IMG/VR virus record: IMGVR_UViG_3300028327_000585
Length of the DNA stretch: 64,000 bases
Direction: 5' to 3' (one strand)
Origin: a virus
The notes beneath the pieces were generated by a model. It made no database searches. It was given only the letters and a program-made list of their open reading frames with translations, and had not been told where the DNA came from. Positions 16,891 through 27,073 of this stretch are shown here, one piece after another; position 1 is the stretch's first letter; every line of letters starts with the position of its first letter. The position numbers and the translations under genes were made by a program.

Positions 16891-17253
16891 ATGATTAGGC
16901 TTAATCGTGGCACAGATCAGAAGATCCGCTTTACAATTTATGAGTCGGCAATAAATCAAAATCCGGTTGACCTGTCAGGTTTTTATGACATCGTTTTTGA
17001 GGTGTTCGGTTCCATTAATGACAAACCGATAATTAGAAAAACCATTGGAACAAATAGTATTGTTCAAGGCGAAAAAAACAATCAAGTGACAGTTTTTGTA
17101 GACGCGGACGACACCATGCGTTTTAGCCCAAACAACATGACAGGCTCAGTAAGCCGCATTTATCAACTCCAGGGATATATGACTAACGGGAGGATACAAA
17201 TGCTCAACCAGGGATTCTTTTATTGTGAGGCGGCGCCATGTACTACGCGGTAG
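16891..17253 (+). CDS. Virion protein, BppU-N-like (inference)
   Basis: MIRLNRGTDQKIRFTI...PVDLSG pattern; first gene of the plus-strand structural block. Confidence 0.5.
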   Translation: MIRLNRGTDQKIRFTIYESAINQNPVDLSGFYDIVFEVFGSINDKPIIRKTIGTNSIVQGEKNNQVTVFVDADDTMRFSPNNMTGSVSRIYQLQGYMTNGRIQMLNQGFFYCEAAPCTTR

Positions 17254-17296
17254 TTGAGGTGGAAGGTAATTTTTACGCAGTAGTCGAGGTCGAATA

Positions 17297-18241
17297 ATGC
17301 CTTTTATCCAAACTGATTTTGTCGCGGACATCTCCGAAATCAATGTCGGCGGCACTACCAACAACACCATCACAATCCCGCTGACCTTTGACGGGTCTCT
17401 TGGTAATAATATCACCACCTCTTTTTCTGCCCCCGGCGCTCCTTCAGTCTCCGACGTAGTTTTCGAAGCGTCTGTCACCCCTGTAAGCGATGGACGTTAT
17501 GATCTCGCTCTGCGTTTTACCAAGCCATTCCATTTGTTAAAACCCGGACATGCATACGACATCTTTATAAACGGCAACAAGATTAGAGTCACCATTGTCT
17601 ACGCCTACCCCTTTAACGTCAACCAATGGACAAACATTGAGAGCGATGCCAAGGACATCTCCAACATCCCTCTCGGCGCACAGATTAAGTCCACGACCGC
17701 CAACATGCTGTGGCTTGGGATTTTCAGGACGGCGCTGGCCGCCTGGTACAATATCAGAGACCTTACGCGCCTCTATTTTTATAAGGGCAAATATCTGAAT
17801 GACATCCTGCAATTCGCGACCGTTGCCGGCGTGTTGCCGGAAAACTCAACGTCCACAATCACATACGAAGACAACAATTACTATATCCAAAGCGTATTGA
17901 TAAAATACGCCGACGGGCGCAAGGTCAGAGCCGATTACGCCTATATTACCGTAGCCGTGAGCCGTTTTGAGACCGACGGCAACAATACTTGGCGCGAAGT
18001 GCAAATGTCGCCCGAAAAGGTTGTCGACTCAATAACGGTGAGAGCGGTTAAAGATGATGGGACGACAACCATCAAAACTCTAGGCAAAATCACTTACCTG
18101 CGGGAGAAAAAACAAGCGACGATGCCGTACGCGCCGGAATATAAAACGAGCCAGTCCCCGATTTCGGCGTTCAACCAGCTATCTTGTTTCAGACGCTATG
18201 AGACCCAGCTTGTAACCGGTTACAAAGTGGAGTCAAATTGA
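17297..18241 (+). CDS. Hypothetical virion protein
   Basis: 314-aa beta-rich ORF in the structural operon. Confidence 0.55.
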   Translation: MPFIQTDFVADISEINVGGTTNNTITIPLTFDGSLGNNITTSFSAPGAPSVSDVVFEASVTPVSDGRYDLALRFTKPFHLLKPGHAYDIFINGNKIRVTIVYAYPFNVNQWTNIESDAKDISNIPLGAQIKSTTANMLWLGIFRTALAAWYNIRDLTRLYFYKGKYLNDILQFATVAGVLPENSTSTITYEDNNYYIQSVLIKYADGRKVRADYAYITVAVSRFETDGNNTWREVQMSPEKVVDSITVRAVKDDGTTTIKTLGKITYLREKKQATMPYAPEYKTSQSPISAFNQLSCFRRYETQLVTGYKVESN

Positions 18242-19134
18242 ACGATTTTCATGTCAAGGTCATCTGGGACGCGATGCTTAAAACGGCTGAGCGCGTGGAG
18301 ACTGTGTACGATTATTACAACGAATTGCGCAGATACACAAAAGACACAATGGTCGTCAACCAGATTGTAAAGAGAATGGCTGACGAACAGGCAAGAACCG
18401 GCCTGACCCCAAGCCAGAGAGTGAATGTATCGACAAATTTTGGTGTTGGAACCAAGGACACGGGACAGAACAAAGACCACAAGACTTATTTCTTTGACGA
18501 AGGTTCCACCGCTCTCTATTGGAAGATACTCGGCCCGGACAACAAACAAGACCTTGAGATAATGAATTTCGCCTCGGTTGTCGCGCTGATTTATCACATG
18601 ACAGGTCTGATGCGGGGGAAAAAATACCTTCTTGCGACCGGCGACCACGCGACCGGCGATTATCTTTTCGATGAAGGCGCTCAGGTTTTTTCAAATCCCA
18701 AAAGACAGGGTTCGCCAAAGGATAATGAAGATCTGGTAAATCTGGGGTATTTGAGACAGATGCTCGAAATTTATGGCTGTAAGTGCGCTCCTCCTCCCCC
18801 GCCACCGCCTATAAACGAAATCATGGTGATTGTTGAACCGGATTGGGTGGCAATGAAGTTGGGAGAGGATACCCAACAAAAATTCACGGCAAGAGTTACA
18901 GGAACCAGCAACCAAGCCGTAACCTGGTCTGCGAGCGCCGGGGAAATAAGCGAGGACGGCCTTTACACCCCGCCATCAGCCGTTGGATCATATAAAGTCA
19001 AAGCAACCAGTCAGGCTGACACCAGTAAATCCGGCGTCGCCACAGTTGAGATATATGATGGTGAACAGCCCGTCAAACCGCGTATTGAGATCGCTCCAAA
19101 GGAACTGCCGCTGACATTGCAAAACGGAGGATAG
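18238..19134 (+). CDS. Virion protein with fibre-type repeat, poly-Pro linker and C-terminal Ig-like (Big_2) domain
   Basis: PKDNEDLVNLGYL; CAPPPPPPP; QKFTARVTGTSNQAVTWS...GLYTPP...ATVEI. Confidence 0.65.
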   Translation: MNDFHVKVIWDAMLKTAERVETVYDYYNELRRYTKDTMVVNQIVKRMADEQARTGLTPSQRVNVSTNFGVGTKDTGQNKDHKTYFFDEGSTALYWKILGPDNKQDLEIMNFASVVALIYHMTGLMRGKKYLLATGDHATGDYLFDEGAQVFSNPKRQGSPKDNEDLVNLGYLRQMLEIYGCKCAPPPPPPPINEIMVIVEPDWVAMKLGEDTQQKFTARVTGTSNQAVTWSASAGEISEDGLYTPPSAVGSYKVKATSQADTSKSGVATVEIYDGEQPVKPRIEIAPKELPLTLQNGG

Positions 19135-19135
19135 C

Positions 19136-20464
19136 TTGATTAATGATTTAGACATTAAATCTATTCAGGGGCAGATACTCTCTCTCGCTGAGCAACTGGA
19201 GAATATCAAGGGCAGCTTCGCGAATGTCACCCGTGCCATCAAGAACAAGGTCAACCGCGTGTCTCTTAGATACGACAGCGAAGAGCGATACGGAATTGCC
19301 GGCGCCGGAATGGTTCGGGTCAGCAGTGACGGGAAAACAGTAATCGGCATCCGAACAATGTTTTTGGGTCAGGCGTTTATACCGGAAGATCACGTTCCGC
19401 CGTACGCCCCAAGACCCACAGCCAGCACAAATCTCTTTCGGATTGAGATAGGCGGCCAGACGAGATTCATAAAAAATATTGACAACAACAACATTTTGCA
19501 TGTCACCGAGCCATTTACCGCGCCGGTCGCGGGCAATGAATACAGCAACTATGTTTTGGAACAGCCTGTCACAAAAGAAATCCTCTTGGGCGATTACGCT
19601 TTCGGCCTGCTGAATCTTGATCTGGAGGATTTGACAGTCAACAAAAACGACTTCCAGTTTCGCGGGCGGGTAAACTTTGGTTCTGTCCTGGAACACTTTG
19701 GCCGCCAAGAACTACCCAATGACGTCTCGACCATAAAATTCGTGGAAGACAGGATTCAGACGGCCTCCAAAGCCCTGGGGAACGCAATACGAAGAACCGG
19801 GGATATTGTGGAAGGGCCGGGCGTGCCTGACAGCACCAACCCCCATTCAGACACCAACGGAAGGTTCAGTTATGCCTTTAATAACGTGAACTGGACATTT
19901 GGGCAAAGCACGACATTGAAATACCAGGGAACCCCGGCAACCCCCGGCAGCGATATTGTGGTAACGGGGGAAAGCCTGAAAAACAGCATGGACGCGGCTC
20001 TTCCGTCGGGGTTGTTTTTGCGGGGGTTTCAAATGTCCAAAAACGGTCTCACTTTTAACGCTTCTTTGAGTAGCGGAAACGTATTGGTATTTGGCTCGAT
20101 GACTGTGGCGGAATTGTCAGGCAGTAATGTCAAAATCTCAGAAGATGGAACGTATATATTACAGGGGAATGTTACTATTGGAATACAGTTCGAGCATTAC
20201 GACAAACAACCTATGATTATAGGAAAATTAAAAATTAATAACAATGACGTAGCATCGAATTATTTGGGCTGGAATGCCCATATGACAGACCACCATGAGC
20301 GTTTGATTGATGGAGCGGTGTCGTTATACTGCATAGCAAAATTAAAAAAGGGGGACGCTGTTTCGATGATATATGAAATAAAAGAATATGAAGAGAGGAA
20401 CCCAAACTATACAAAAATACACCAAGACTCAACTTATCTTTCCATAATGCGAATCTCTTCCTGA
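19136..20464 (+). CDS. Tail fibre / receptor-binding protein (TTG start)
   Basis: Coiled-coil N-terminus, C1q/TNF-like beta C-terminus (LKKGDAVSM); the 3' ~430 bp is visibly more AT-rich. Confidence 0.55.
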   Translation: MINDLDIKSIQGQILSLAEQLENIKGSFANVTRAIKNKVNRVSLRYDSEERYGIAGAGMVRVSSDGKTVIGIRTMFLGQAFIPEDHVPPYAPRPTASTNLFRIEIGGQTRFIKNIDNNNILHVTEPFTAPVAGNEYSNYVLEQPVTKEILLGDYAFGLLNLDLEDLTVNKNDFQFRGRVNFGSVLEHFGRQELPNDVSTIKFVEDRIQTASKALGNAIRRTGDIVEGPGVPDSTNPHSDTNGRFSYAFNNVNWTFGQSTTLKYQGTPATPGSDIVVTGESLKNSMDAALPSGLFLRGFQMSKNGLTFNASLSSGNVLVFGSMTVAELSGSNVKISEDGTYILQGNVTIGIQFEHYDKQPMIIGKLKINNNDVASNYLGWNAHMTDHHERLIDGAVSLYCIAKLKKGDAVSMIYEIKEYEERNPNYTKIHQDSTYLSIMRISS

Positions 20465-20469
20465 TAAGA

Positions 20470-20475
20470 TATAAT
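20470..20475 (+). promoter_or_regulatory. TATAAT 6 nt before ATG 20482
   Basis: No SD; suggests the second ATG (20482) is the real, leaderless start. Confidence 0.45.
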
Positions 20476-21390
20476 ATGATTATGATAGACCATATACATG
20501 ACCCATTGGCTCAAAAGTTTACATTTGATATGCGAGAGGCGTCGGCTCTTACCAAGACGGCCTGTGATGACCTGGCGAATGAGGATTTATCGTCATTGCC
20601 CGATTCCGCTTTCGCGTGTTGCGTCGAATTTGGCGACAGATACTACCCCTGCCACACGCCGGAACACGCGGCGTTGAGCCGTGTGTATCTGCACGGTCAT
20701 CCGCCTAAAGGCGAATCATTCAGTAAAATAGCGGCGTATCTTGAGGATGTCGCCGCCGCCTTTGGATTGCCGCCCTGGAACCCAATCAAGCAAGCGGCTG
20801 AGTCTGTGGATGAAACGCAGAAGCTCGCCGAAGACATGATGGATTTCGAGAAAAACTATAAGAGGATGTTCATTGAATCCAGGCGAAGCGCCGCGCTCAA
20901 TCTACGTGAACGCGCAGAATCTCTCAACAAGACAGCTTCCCTCCCTTTCATCGTACAAAGATACGCCGGACGTTTCCTCAGACCTGACTTCATGAACGCT
21001 ATCGCTGACAGACAGGATTATTTTCCGAGCGGTTCGCCTGAGCGGGTATTGCTGCTCAATATTGGCATGAAGGCTGATGATGCCGCCGATCTTGTTTCGC
21101 GTCTCAGACAATTCGATGAGAATAACGGGTTGACGGCGCATTATGACGGCGATTTGCTTGATCCTTGTCTGGGGTTGCTTGGGGATGAGCCGCCGCCGCC
21201 CAAATCAATATTCAGAGAAGGTGATTGCGAACTGTTTGAGAACGACCTTGCCCTGGAAAACTTAAAGAGCAAACTAAAAGACTTAGTAAGCGATAAAATT
21301 ATTCAGGCGTTAAACCTTGATTTTGCTGACGCCATAGAAAAAGTCAAGCCGGAATTGAAAGTGGTTATTTTAAAAGCAGTAACCCAATAA
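20476..21390 (+). CDS. Putative head-associated protein rich in K-x-A motifs
   Basis: KTAC, KIAA, KQAA, KLAE, KTAS within 304 aa; two genes upstream of the portal. Confidence 0.55.
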   Translation: MIMIDHIHDPLAQKFTFDMREASALTKTACDDLANEDLSSLPDSAFACCVEFGDRYYPCHTPEHAALSRVYLHGHPPKGESFSKIAAYLEDVAAAFGLPPWNPIKQAAESVDETQKLAEDMMDFEKNYKRMFIESRRSAALNLRERAESLNKTASLPFIVQRYAGRFLRPDFMNAIADRQDYFPSGSPERVLLLNIGMKADDAADLVSRLRQFDENNGLTAHYDGDLLDPCLGLLGDEPPPPKSIFREGDCELFENDLALENLKSKLKDLVSDKIIQALNLDFADAIEKVKPELKVVILKAVTQ

Positions 21391-21416
21391 TAGTACTATA
21401 AATAATAATATTTATT

Positions 21417-21425
21417 TGTTATACT
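21417..21425 (+). promoter_or_regulatory. Extended -10 (TGT-TATACT) 6 nt before ATG 21432
   Basis: No SD; leaderless geometry; in an AT-rich spacer. Confidence 0.55.
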
Positions 21426-21431
21426 TATAGC

Positions 21432-21872
21432 ATGGACAACGAAACACTGCTGCTTGCCTTGCCCGATAAAAGCGAAGCTGAAATGGAGCGGTTTTTTGCG
21501 GAAAAAGCTATCCGCGAAAACCCTGAAGCAGTCCTGTCGTCCGTTGTCCCTTTTGAAAAAGCCGTCTATGTTTTTAACGATTTAAAGCCCAATTTTACCA
21601 CATTTGAACCGTTGAATACGCTTTGCAACGCAAAGGCTGTTCATGAAATTAAAAAGATATTACCGGATTGGGAATTTAATAGTGAAATTAATTATTATCT
21701 GGCCTATATAGCCTGGGGCGAGGGTTGGGTAAAAATGCCCGACGTTTTGTCTTTTGCCCAGACTGAACTTGATAAAATCGCACCCGCTCATCAGGAACTG
21801 GATGAAGAACAAAAGAAATTCCAGATGCTGAGGCACGCAGCGGCAGAAAAATACATGGAGACAGACAAATGA
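21432..21872 (+). CDS. Hypothetical protein preceding portal
   Basis: 146-aa ORF coupled (ATGA overlap) to the portal-like gene. Confidence 0.6.
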   Translation: MDNETLLLALPDKSEAEMERFFAEKAIRENPEAVLSSVVPFEKAVYVFNDLKPNFTTFEPLNTLCNAKAVHEIKKILPDWEFNSEINYYLAYIAWGEGWVKMPDVLSFAQTELDKIAPAHQELDEEQKKFQMLRHAAAEKYMETDK

Positions 21873-23656
21873 TGTCAATTGACAGTAGCAGCACCGCCCC
21901 CCTGGAAATCACAGGCAATGCGGATTCCGCTCCCCACCTTTTTAATTTTTTAAAATTCAGCGTCCCCAGAACAAAAAAGAGCATGTTTGAATGGGCGGAG
22001 AAGCTCTCTTCAAACGGGATTTTAGATCGCATCATTGACATATATTCCCGCTATCCCATCACAAAAATAAACGTGACTGGCGACAACCAGGAGGAGGATG
22101 GCTTTTGGGGTGATTTCCTGAATGGAACTCTGAAGATGCAGGAAGAACTGATAGCTAACGGCAAGGACTACTATACCTACGGGAACTGCTTTGTCACCGT
22201 CGTCCCCCCGTTCACACGCTATCTGGTATGCCCCAAATGCAAAGCCCACAAACTGCACAATATCAGCGAAAACGAAAACGCTCTTGACTGGGAATTCGTC
22301 GATTTCAAGTTCAGAGGCACCTGCAAAAATTGCAAGCACAAAGGCGTGATGAAGGTAAAGGATGAATTCCTGACAGGCAAGGAATCGCTTAAAAAAGTGA
22401 GAATCCACCGCTGGTCTCCCCGCAATATAACGGTCAAGGACATGTCCCTGGTCGGGCGTAAGAAAATCTATTACACACTTGAGCAAAAATACGTCACAGC
22501 CATCAAAACCGGCGACAGATTCTTAGTCTCCTCAATACCATTGGGTTTTATTGAGGCGGTCAAAAGCAACGCGAAAAATCCGGTGGTCGAACTGGATTCA
22601 GACTCCACTTATCACTACAAAGCGGAATCCACTACTACACCCGAAGATGACGGGCTGGCAAAGCCGTTCTTTATGTCCGCCTGGAAAGACATCTACATGA
22701 CGCTCGTTCTCCGCAAGGCCCAGGAGTGTATCGTCTCAGAGCATATACTGCCAATGCGCTTCGTCTACCCGATGTCGGACGGCAATTCCTCCCCCCTTAA
22801 CCACCTGGCGGGCGATCAATGGAGGCGAGACGTCGAAATGATTATCCAGAAGCAAAAGAGAGACCCCAATATGATCGGCGTCCTCAGTCATGCGCTTGGC
22901 TATCAGCAGCTAGGCGGAAACGGACGGCAATTGTCGATCTCGGACATCATAGAGTGGCAGGATCGCAGGGTCATAACAATGCTCGGTATGCCGTCGGAAT
23001 TAATTTACGGCGGAATGCAGTATTCAGGTATGAATATAGCCCTGAGAATGCTGGAAAACTTTTTTTCCAACTACATTAAAATGCAAAACATTTTTCTGCA
23101 ATTCCTCGTGAACGCGCTGTCTAACACGCTGCGTGTTCCGGCGCCGGCTCAAGTCAGTCTTGCTGACTTTAAGATGGCTGACGACATCGCCAAGAACAAC
23201 GCTTATTCCATGCTTGGCGCTCAGTTTAGGATCAGCCCCACAACGGCGCTGAGCGGTCTCGGAATAGACCTGGAGGCCGAAGCCAGGCAGGCCGAAAAAG
23301 ACGCGCCGCACATGAAGACAATATCCGCGGCGTATCAGTCAGCGCAATCGGTCGCGGCTCAGGAGGGCAACAGGGACGCAAATGTATTGGTTGACTCAAA
23401 CAATGTGCAGTCTTTTATCCGCCAGCAAAACGCCCAGCAAACAATGGCGTCCACGCCAAATCGAAGCGTCGTCTATGTTGATCCAGAATATCAGCGCCGT
23501 GAACTGGCGCGCATAGCCGCGCCGGAAAGAGCCGAGCTATTGAGGCGCAACGAAGCTGAGATGAGTCCCGAAGCGTTTGCCAATTACCAGCAGCAGATGG
23601 GATCTAATATTGACCCGCAGCCCGTGCAAAAACCTCCGCGCAGAAAGGCAAAGTAA
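21869..23656 (+). CDS. Portal-like protein with Zn-ribbon insertion
   Basis: GKDYYTYGNCF and IHRWSPRNI portal-type segments; CPKC...CKNC insert; LGMPSELIYGG; Q-rich tail. Portal identity is inferred from these segments and position. Confidence 0.65.
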   Translation: MMSIDSSSTAPLEITGNADSAPHLFNFLKFSVPRTKKSMFEWAEKLSSNGILDRIIDIYSRYPITKINVTGDNQEEDGFWGDFLNGTLKMQEELIANGKDYYTYGNCFVTVVPPFTRYLVCPKCKAHKLHNISENENALDWEFVDFKFRGTCKNCKHKGVMKVKDEFLTGKESLKKVRIHRWSPRNITVKDMSLVGRKKIYYTLEQKYVTAIKTGDRFLVSSIPLGFIEAVKSNAKNPVVELDSDSTYHYKAESTTTPEDDGLAKPFFMSAWKDIYMTLVLRKAQECIVSEHILPMRFVYPMSDGNSSPLNHLAGDQWRRDVEMIIQKQKRDPNMIGVLSHALGYQQLGGNGRQLSISDIIEWQDRRVITMLGMPSELIYGGMQYSGMNIALRMLENFFSNYIKMQNIFLQFLVNALSNTLRVPAPAQVSLADFKMADDIAKNNAYSMLGAQFRISPTTALSGLGIDLEAEARQAEKDAPHMKTISAAYQSAQSVAAQEGNRDANVLVDSNNVQSFIRQQNAQQTMASTPNRSVVYVDPEYQRRELARIAAPERAELLRRNEAEMSPEAFANYQQQMGSNIDPQPVQKPPRRKAK

Positions 23657-24163
23657 ATGACAGAAGAGCCTTTGAGTCGTTTCCACAAAAAAAAGCCCGG
23701 TGGCTTTAATTCCGCCTTTTATTCATTGATGGAACAAGAGAGTCGGGAAAGTTACACCGAGCAACTGACGCGATTGTGCAACAACCCGTCTCAGTTTAGC
23801 GTCCAAATACACGAGGCAAGCGCCGAGCCAAAGACCAAGAACCCCAAGGTTTTTTTGTCGTATTCGGAAAACATTAAGAAAAAAGACGAGAAATGGTCCG
23901 CCTTTGATTACGTTATTGAAAGCCGGGTGTTCAACGAAGCAACGATTGGTCAGTTCGATCAGTTTATGGAAGACCTGACAACGTATGGCTATCAAATTCT
24001 GCAAGACTATCGTTTTTATTCTACAGTGGACGAATTTACGTCGATTTTTTACATAATAGTCATTTATGCCACCAAAAATGAGAATGATAACGAGCTGTCC
24101 AGAAAACCGACAGGGGGCAGGGTAAATTGGGGGAACCTCATTCCCGTCAAAGCGTCATATTAA
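23657..24163 (+). CDS. Hypothetical protein
   Basis: 168-aa ORF abutting the portal stop. Confidence 0.6.
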   Translation: MTEEPLSRFHKKKPGGFNSAFYSLMEQESRESYTEQLTRLCNNPSQFSVQIHEASAEPKTKNPKVFLSYSENIKKKDEKWSAFDYVIESRVFNEATIGQFDQFMEDLTTYGYQILQDYRFYSTVDEFTSIFYIIVIYATKNENDNELSRKPTGGRVNWGNLIPVKASY

Positions 24164-24173
24164 GAGGTGCGCG

Positions 24174-24647
24174 GTGTCTTACCTGTCGGAACTCCACAGG
24201 AAAATGATTACAGATATTGACGGTTATGAGTCTGGCGACGGCTATACTCATAAATTGGTCGAATACCATCGCGAGAGCTTTGAGTGCTGCGAATGCGAAC
24301 TGACCATCAGACCGATAGATAATGCCTTTGTCGTCCATCTTAAATATCTGCCGCCCATTTTAAGGCAGCCAAGATTTTTTGACTACGCGTGCAAGTTCTG
24401 GCGCAAGCGCATCGGAGCGTTCAAGGGCTTTGAGGCGTATTACACCGACAAAGTGGACGACGCGAATGAACTGTATAGCCTGGATATGATTTTTATTGAA
24501 TATTATCCCGCCATCATGGGAGACGTAAATTTCATGAAGCGCCACGCGTTCAAAATCGCCGGCGACATGAACCGGGAGGTCGTCGGAGAGTTGCAGGGTC
24601 ACGCCGTCAGAAAAGGCTTCCGCCGTGAAGATAACCCTGAAAACTAG
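24174..24647 (+). CDS. Hypothetical protein (GTG start)
   Basis: SD GAGG; lies in the structural operon. Confidence 0.55.
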   Translation: MSYLSELHRKMITDIDGYESGDGYTHKLVEYHRESFECCECELTIRPIDNAFVVHLKYLPPILRQPRFFDYACKFWRKRIGAFKGFEAYYTDKVDDANELYSLDMIFIEYYPAIMGDVNFMKRHAFKIAGDMNREVVGELQGHAVRKGFRREDNPEN

Positions 24648-25440
24648 AGGCCTTGGCCTGGACGGAGTGCAGTTTTTATGGGACGTTGACCTGGCCCACG
24701 ATGAGGTTCTGAGTTTGGCGAGGTTTTTCGTAGAGGTGAGCGAAAGCAACAGCGGCCCGTGGATTGCCGTCAACACCGACCCCATAATAAACGCTTTCGG
24801 ATACATAGACAGAAAGGCGTATCGGGGCGGCGTGGCAAAACGGATATGCTACAGAGTCAGAGCGATTAATGCCGCCAATGACGAGGAATTCGCATCGAAT
24901 GTGGCTGTTCTGGGCGAGCAGCCCATATCCGGGATAGGGCGCATGATAGCCAAAAATCAGCGGTTGTTGCTGCAACGTTTGATTGGGGACAGAACACTGC
25001 ATTACGCGCGCAAACATTTTGGCAAGCGCTGCGAATGCTACGACGAAGTAATGAAAAAGCAGATAATCTCGCCCTGCCGAAAGTGTTATAACACCACTTT
25101 TGTCGGCGGCTATTACTGCCCCAATTTGATTTATATCAGCAGAGGCCCCACAAACCGAACCGCCGAGCCAACCCAGTTCGGTTCTCAGGAAAATACTATG
25201 ACAGAGAGCTGGACATCAAACTACGCGCCGGTTGATGTCGAGGATCTACTGATTACCAGCAATGAGCAGCGATATATAGTCAAGCGTGTCCAGGCCACCT
25301 CGGTTCAGAACGCCACCATCAAACAGGCGCTCGCTTTGCAGCGCGTCAAGCCCAATGACCCGGAAATGATGGTGCCGGCATTCAGCGCCCCCGTGAATCT
25401 TGAAGACGCCGATGTTTTTCGCAGGGATTGGGGGGAATAA
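24625..25440 (+). CDS. Putative neck/head-closure protein
   Basis: FN3-like N-half (YRVRAIN); RCEC...CRKCYNTTFVGGY Cys motif; position between portal and sheath. Confidence 0.5.
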   Translation: MKITLKTRGLGLDGVQFLWDVDLAHDEVLSLARFFVEVSESNSGPWIAVNTDPIINAFGYIDRKAYRGGVAKRICYRVRAINAANDEEFASNVAVLGEQPISGIGRMIAKNQRLLLQRLIGDRTLHYARKHFGKRCECYDEVMKKQIISPCRKCYNTTFVGGYYCPNLIYISRGPTNRTAEPTQFGSQENTMTESWTSNYAPVDVEDLLITSNEQRYIVKRVQATSVQNATIKQALALQRVKPNDPEMMVPAFSAPVNLEDADVFRRDWGE

Positions 25441-26084
25441 TGGAAGCCGAAGACAGCCCGATTCTGTTCGCCAGGAATGTCAACTACAACCCCTCCCTCT
25501 ATTTGCGCAAAGCGTTTGTCATATACCTGACGGCGTTTTTCCGCGATAATCCCAGGCTTGGTTATCAGATTTACGATGAAAAAGCTGATGTGGACAAAAA
25601 ATTCAGGTCATTGCTCATAACCCCGACATACAACATGACCCTGCCGGATAAAGGCCATCTGCCGGCAATCTTTGTGGAGAGAGGCCCCATTGATTCCGGC
25701 ATGGTCACAGGAGCGTCCCGTTATATCAAACGTGGCCGCGGCGAAAATTCCGAGCTTTACAAGACGCCTCTCGCCACTACAATCATCTGCCACTGCCTGA
25801 CAGACGATGACGAGGAGGCTGACAGGCTGGCGAATCTGGTAAGGGTAGCCGTCGAACTCGACTATCACTACTTCAAGACCAAATTCGCGATAAACCTTAC
25901 GCGCACCACAACAGATCATGTGCAGCCTGTGCAACCAGGCGTTTATCGCTCAAGCGTGATGGCGCCGGTGATTCTCGAAGTGGAGTTTGACATAGAAAGA
26001 CCCAAGGGCGAAACGCTGCGTGAAATAGAGATGTGGGTCGACAACGAATACAAGATTTTTGTGGGTGCTGAGACAGACTATTGA
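25440..26084 (+). CDS. Putative tail completion/terminator protein
   Basis: ATG coupled to the upstream TAA; LPAIFVERG...TIICHCLT...EADRLA pattern; position. Confidence 0.5.
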   Translation: MEAEDSPILFARNVNYNPSLYLRKAFVIYLTAFFRDNPRLGYQIYDEKADVDKKFRSLLITPTYNMTLPDKGHLPAIFVERGPIDSGMVTGASRYIKRGRGENSELYKTPLATTIICHCLTDDDEEADRLANLVRVAVELDYHYFKTKFAINLTRTTTDHVQPVQPGVYRSSVMAPVILEVEFDIERPKGETLREIEMWVDNEYKIFVGAETDY

Positions 26085-26144
26085 CTATTGCCGATTGCCC
26101 GCCGATAATTTTCAAGAGAAGAGAACTTCTCTCATAGGAACGAT

Positions 26145-26747
26145 ATGTGGGACTTTTTAAAAACCGTTTTGGGAAGCCCGACTGGTTCGTTTGCGTTTGT
26201 AGGGGGGCTTTTAGCTTTATCTTGGTGGCTTGTTCACAGCATTACAAAATTTATCACAGAATACTCTATCAAACAGGGTTTGTTCAATAAACAAATGGAC
26301 AAAACCGAGTCAGATATTGCCCAAATTAAAGAAGATATAGCTTTTCTCAAGGGGTCATTTGGGGCGGCCATAGAAATAAAAGACACATTGGTAAAAAAGA
26401 AAAGCCCAATATCTCTTACTGATCTTGGCCTTCAATTGGTGGCCGAGCATAATTTAGACGGTATAATCGTTGATAACTGGCTCAAAATTAATACCGCCAT
26501 ACAAAATCTAAAGACGAATAACCCCTATGACATACAAGAGTTTTGTCTTGAGTCAGCATTTGTCAGAGCAAACATCTTTTTCTCCGACAAGGATATTGAT
26601 AGGCTCAAGCGCATATCTTATCAAACAGGAGCGCCGCTATTCTCTATTGCCAGAGTAATGGGCATACTCATTCGCGATAGATACCTCAAAGAAAACGGTA
26701 TTGATATTGGGGAAATTGACCAGCACGCTCCGCGACCTGATAATTAG
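26145..26747 (+). CDS. Moron-like membrane-anchored hypothetical protein
   Basis: N-terminal TM helix, coiled coil, KSPISLTDLG; AT-rich; own SD. Confidence 0.65.
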   Translation: MWDFLKTVLGSPTGSFAFVGGLLALSWWLVHSITKFITEYSIKQGLFNKQMDKTESDIAQIKEDIAFLKGSFGAAIEIKDTLVKKKSPISLTDLGLQLVAEHNLDGIIVDNWLKINTAIQNLKTNNPYDIQEFCLESAFVRANIFFSDKDIDRLKRISYQTGAPLFSIARVMGILIRDRYLKENGIDIGEIDQHAPRPDN

Positions 26748-26811
26748 ACTCCAAAAATAATCGCTTTAATGATATACTTGTTATATCAAATCAGTGTATA
26801 TAAGGAGCCTT

Positions 26812-27045
26812 ATGAGCAATCCATTGCCGCACGACCCTTGGGCTAATATCTCGGAAGGTATGAGATGTAAAACCTGTATGTATTTCTGCCCGAAAGATGA
26901 TTCTTCTTGCCCTAAAAGAGGCAAGATTGGCAGGTGCAGGAGAAACGCTCCTACTATGAAGGGTTTCCCAGTCGTTTTTGAAACGGACTGGTGTGGCGAT
27001 CACAAGCTGGTTCTCAACAGTTCCGGCTCTTCTTCGCGTAGTTAA
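26812..27045 (+). CDS. Small Cys-rich phage protein
   Basis: SD AAGGAG; CKTCMYF...GRCRRNAP...FPVV...DWCGDH. Confidence 0.65.
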   Translation: MSNPLPHDPWANISEGMRCKTCMYFCPKDDSSCPKRGKIGRCRRNAPTMKGFPVVFETDWCGDHKLVLNSSGSSSRS

Positions 27046-27073
27046 GATATACAGCCTGTCTGGAGATAACTAT

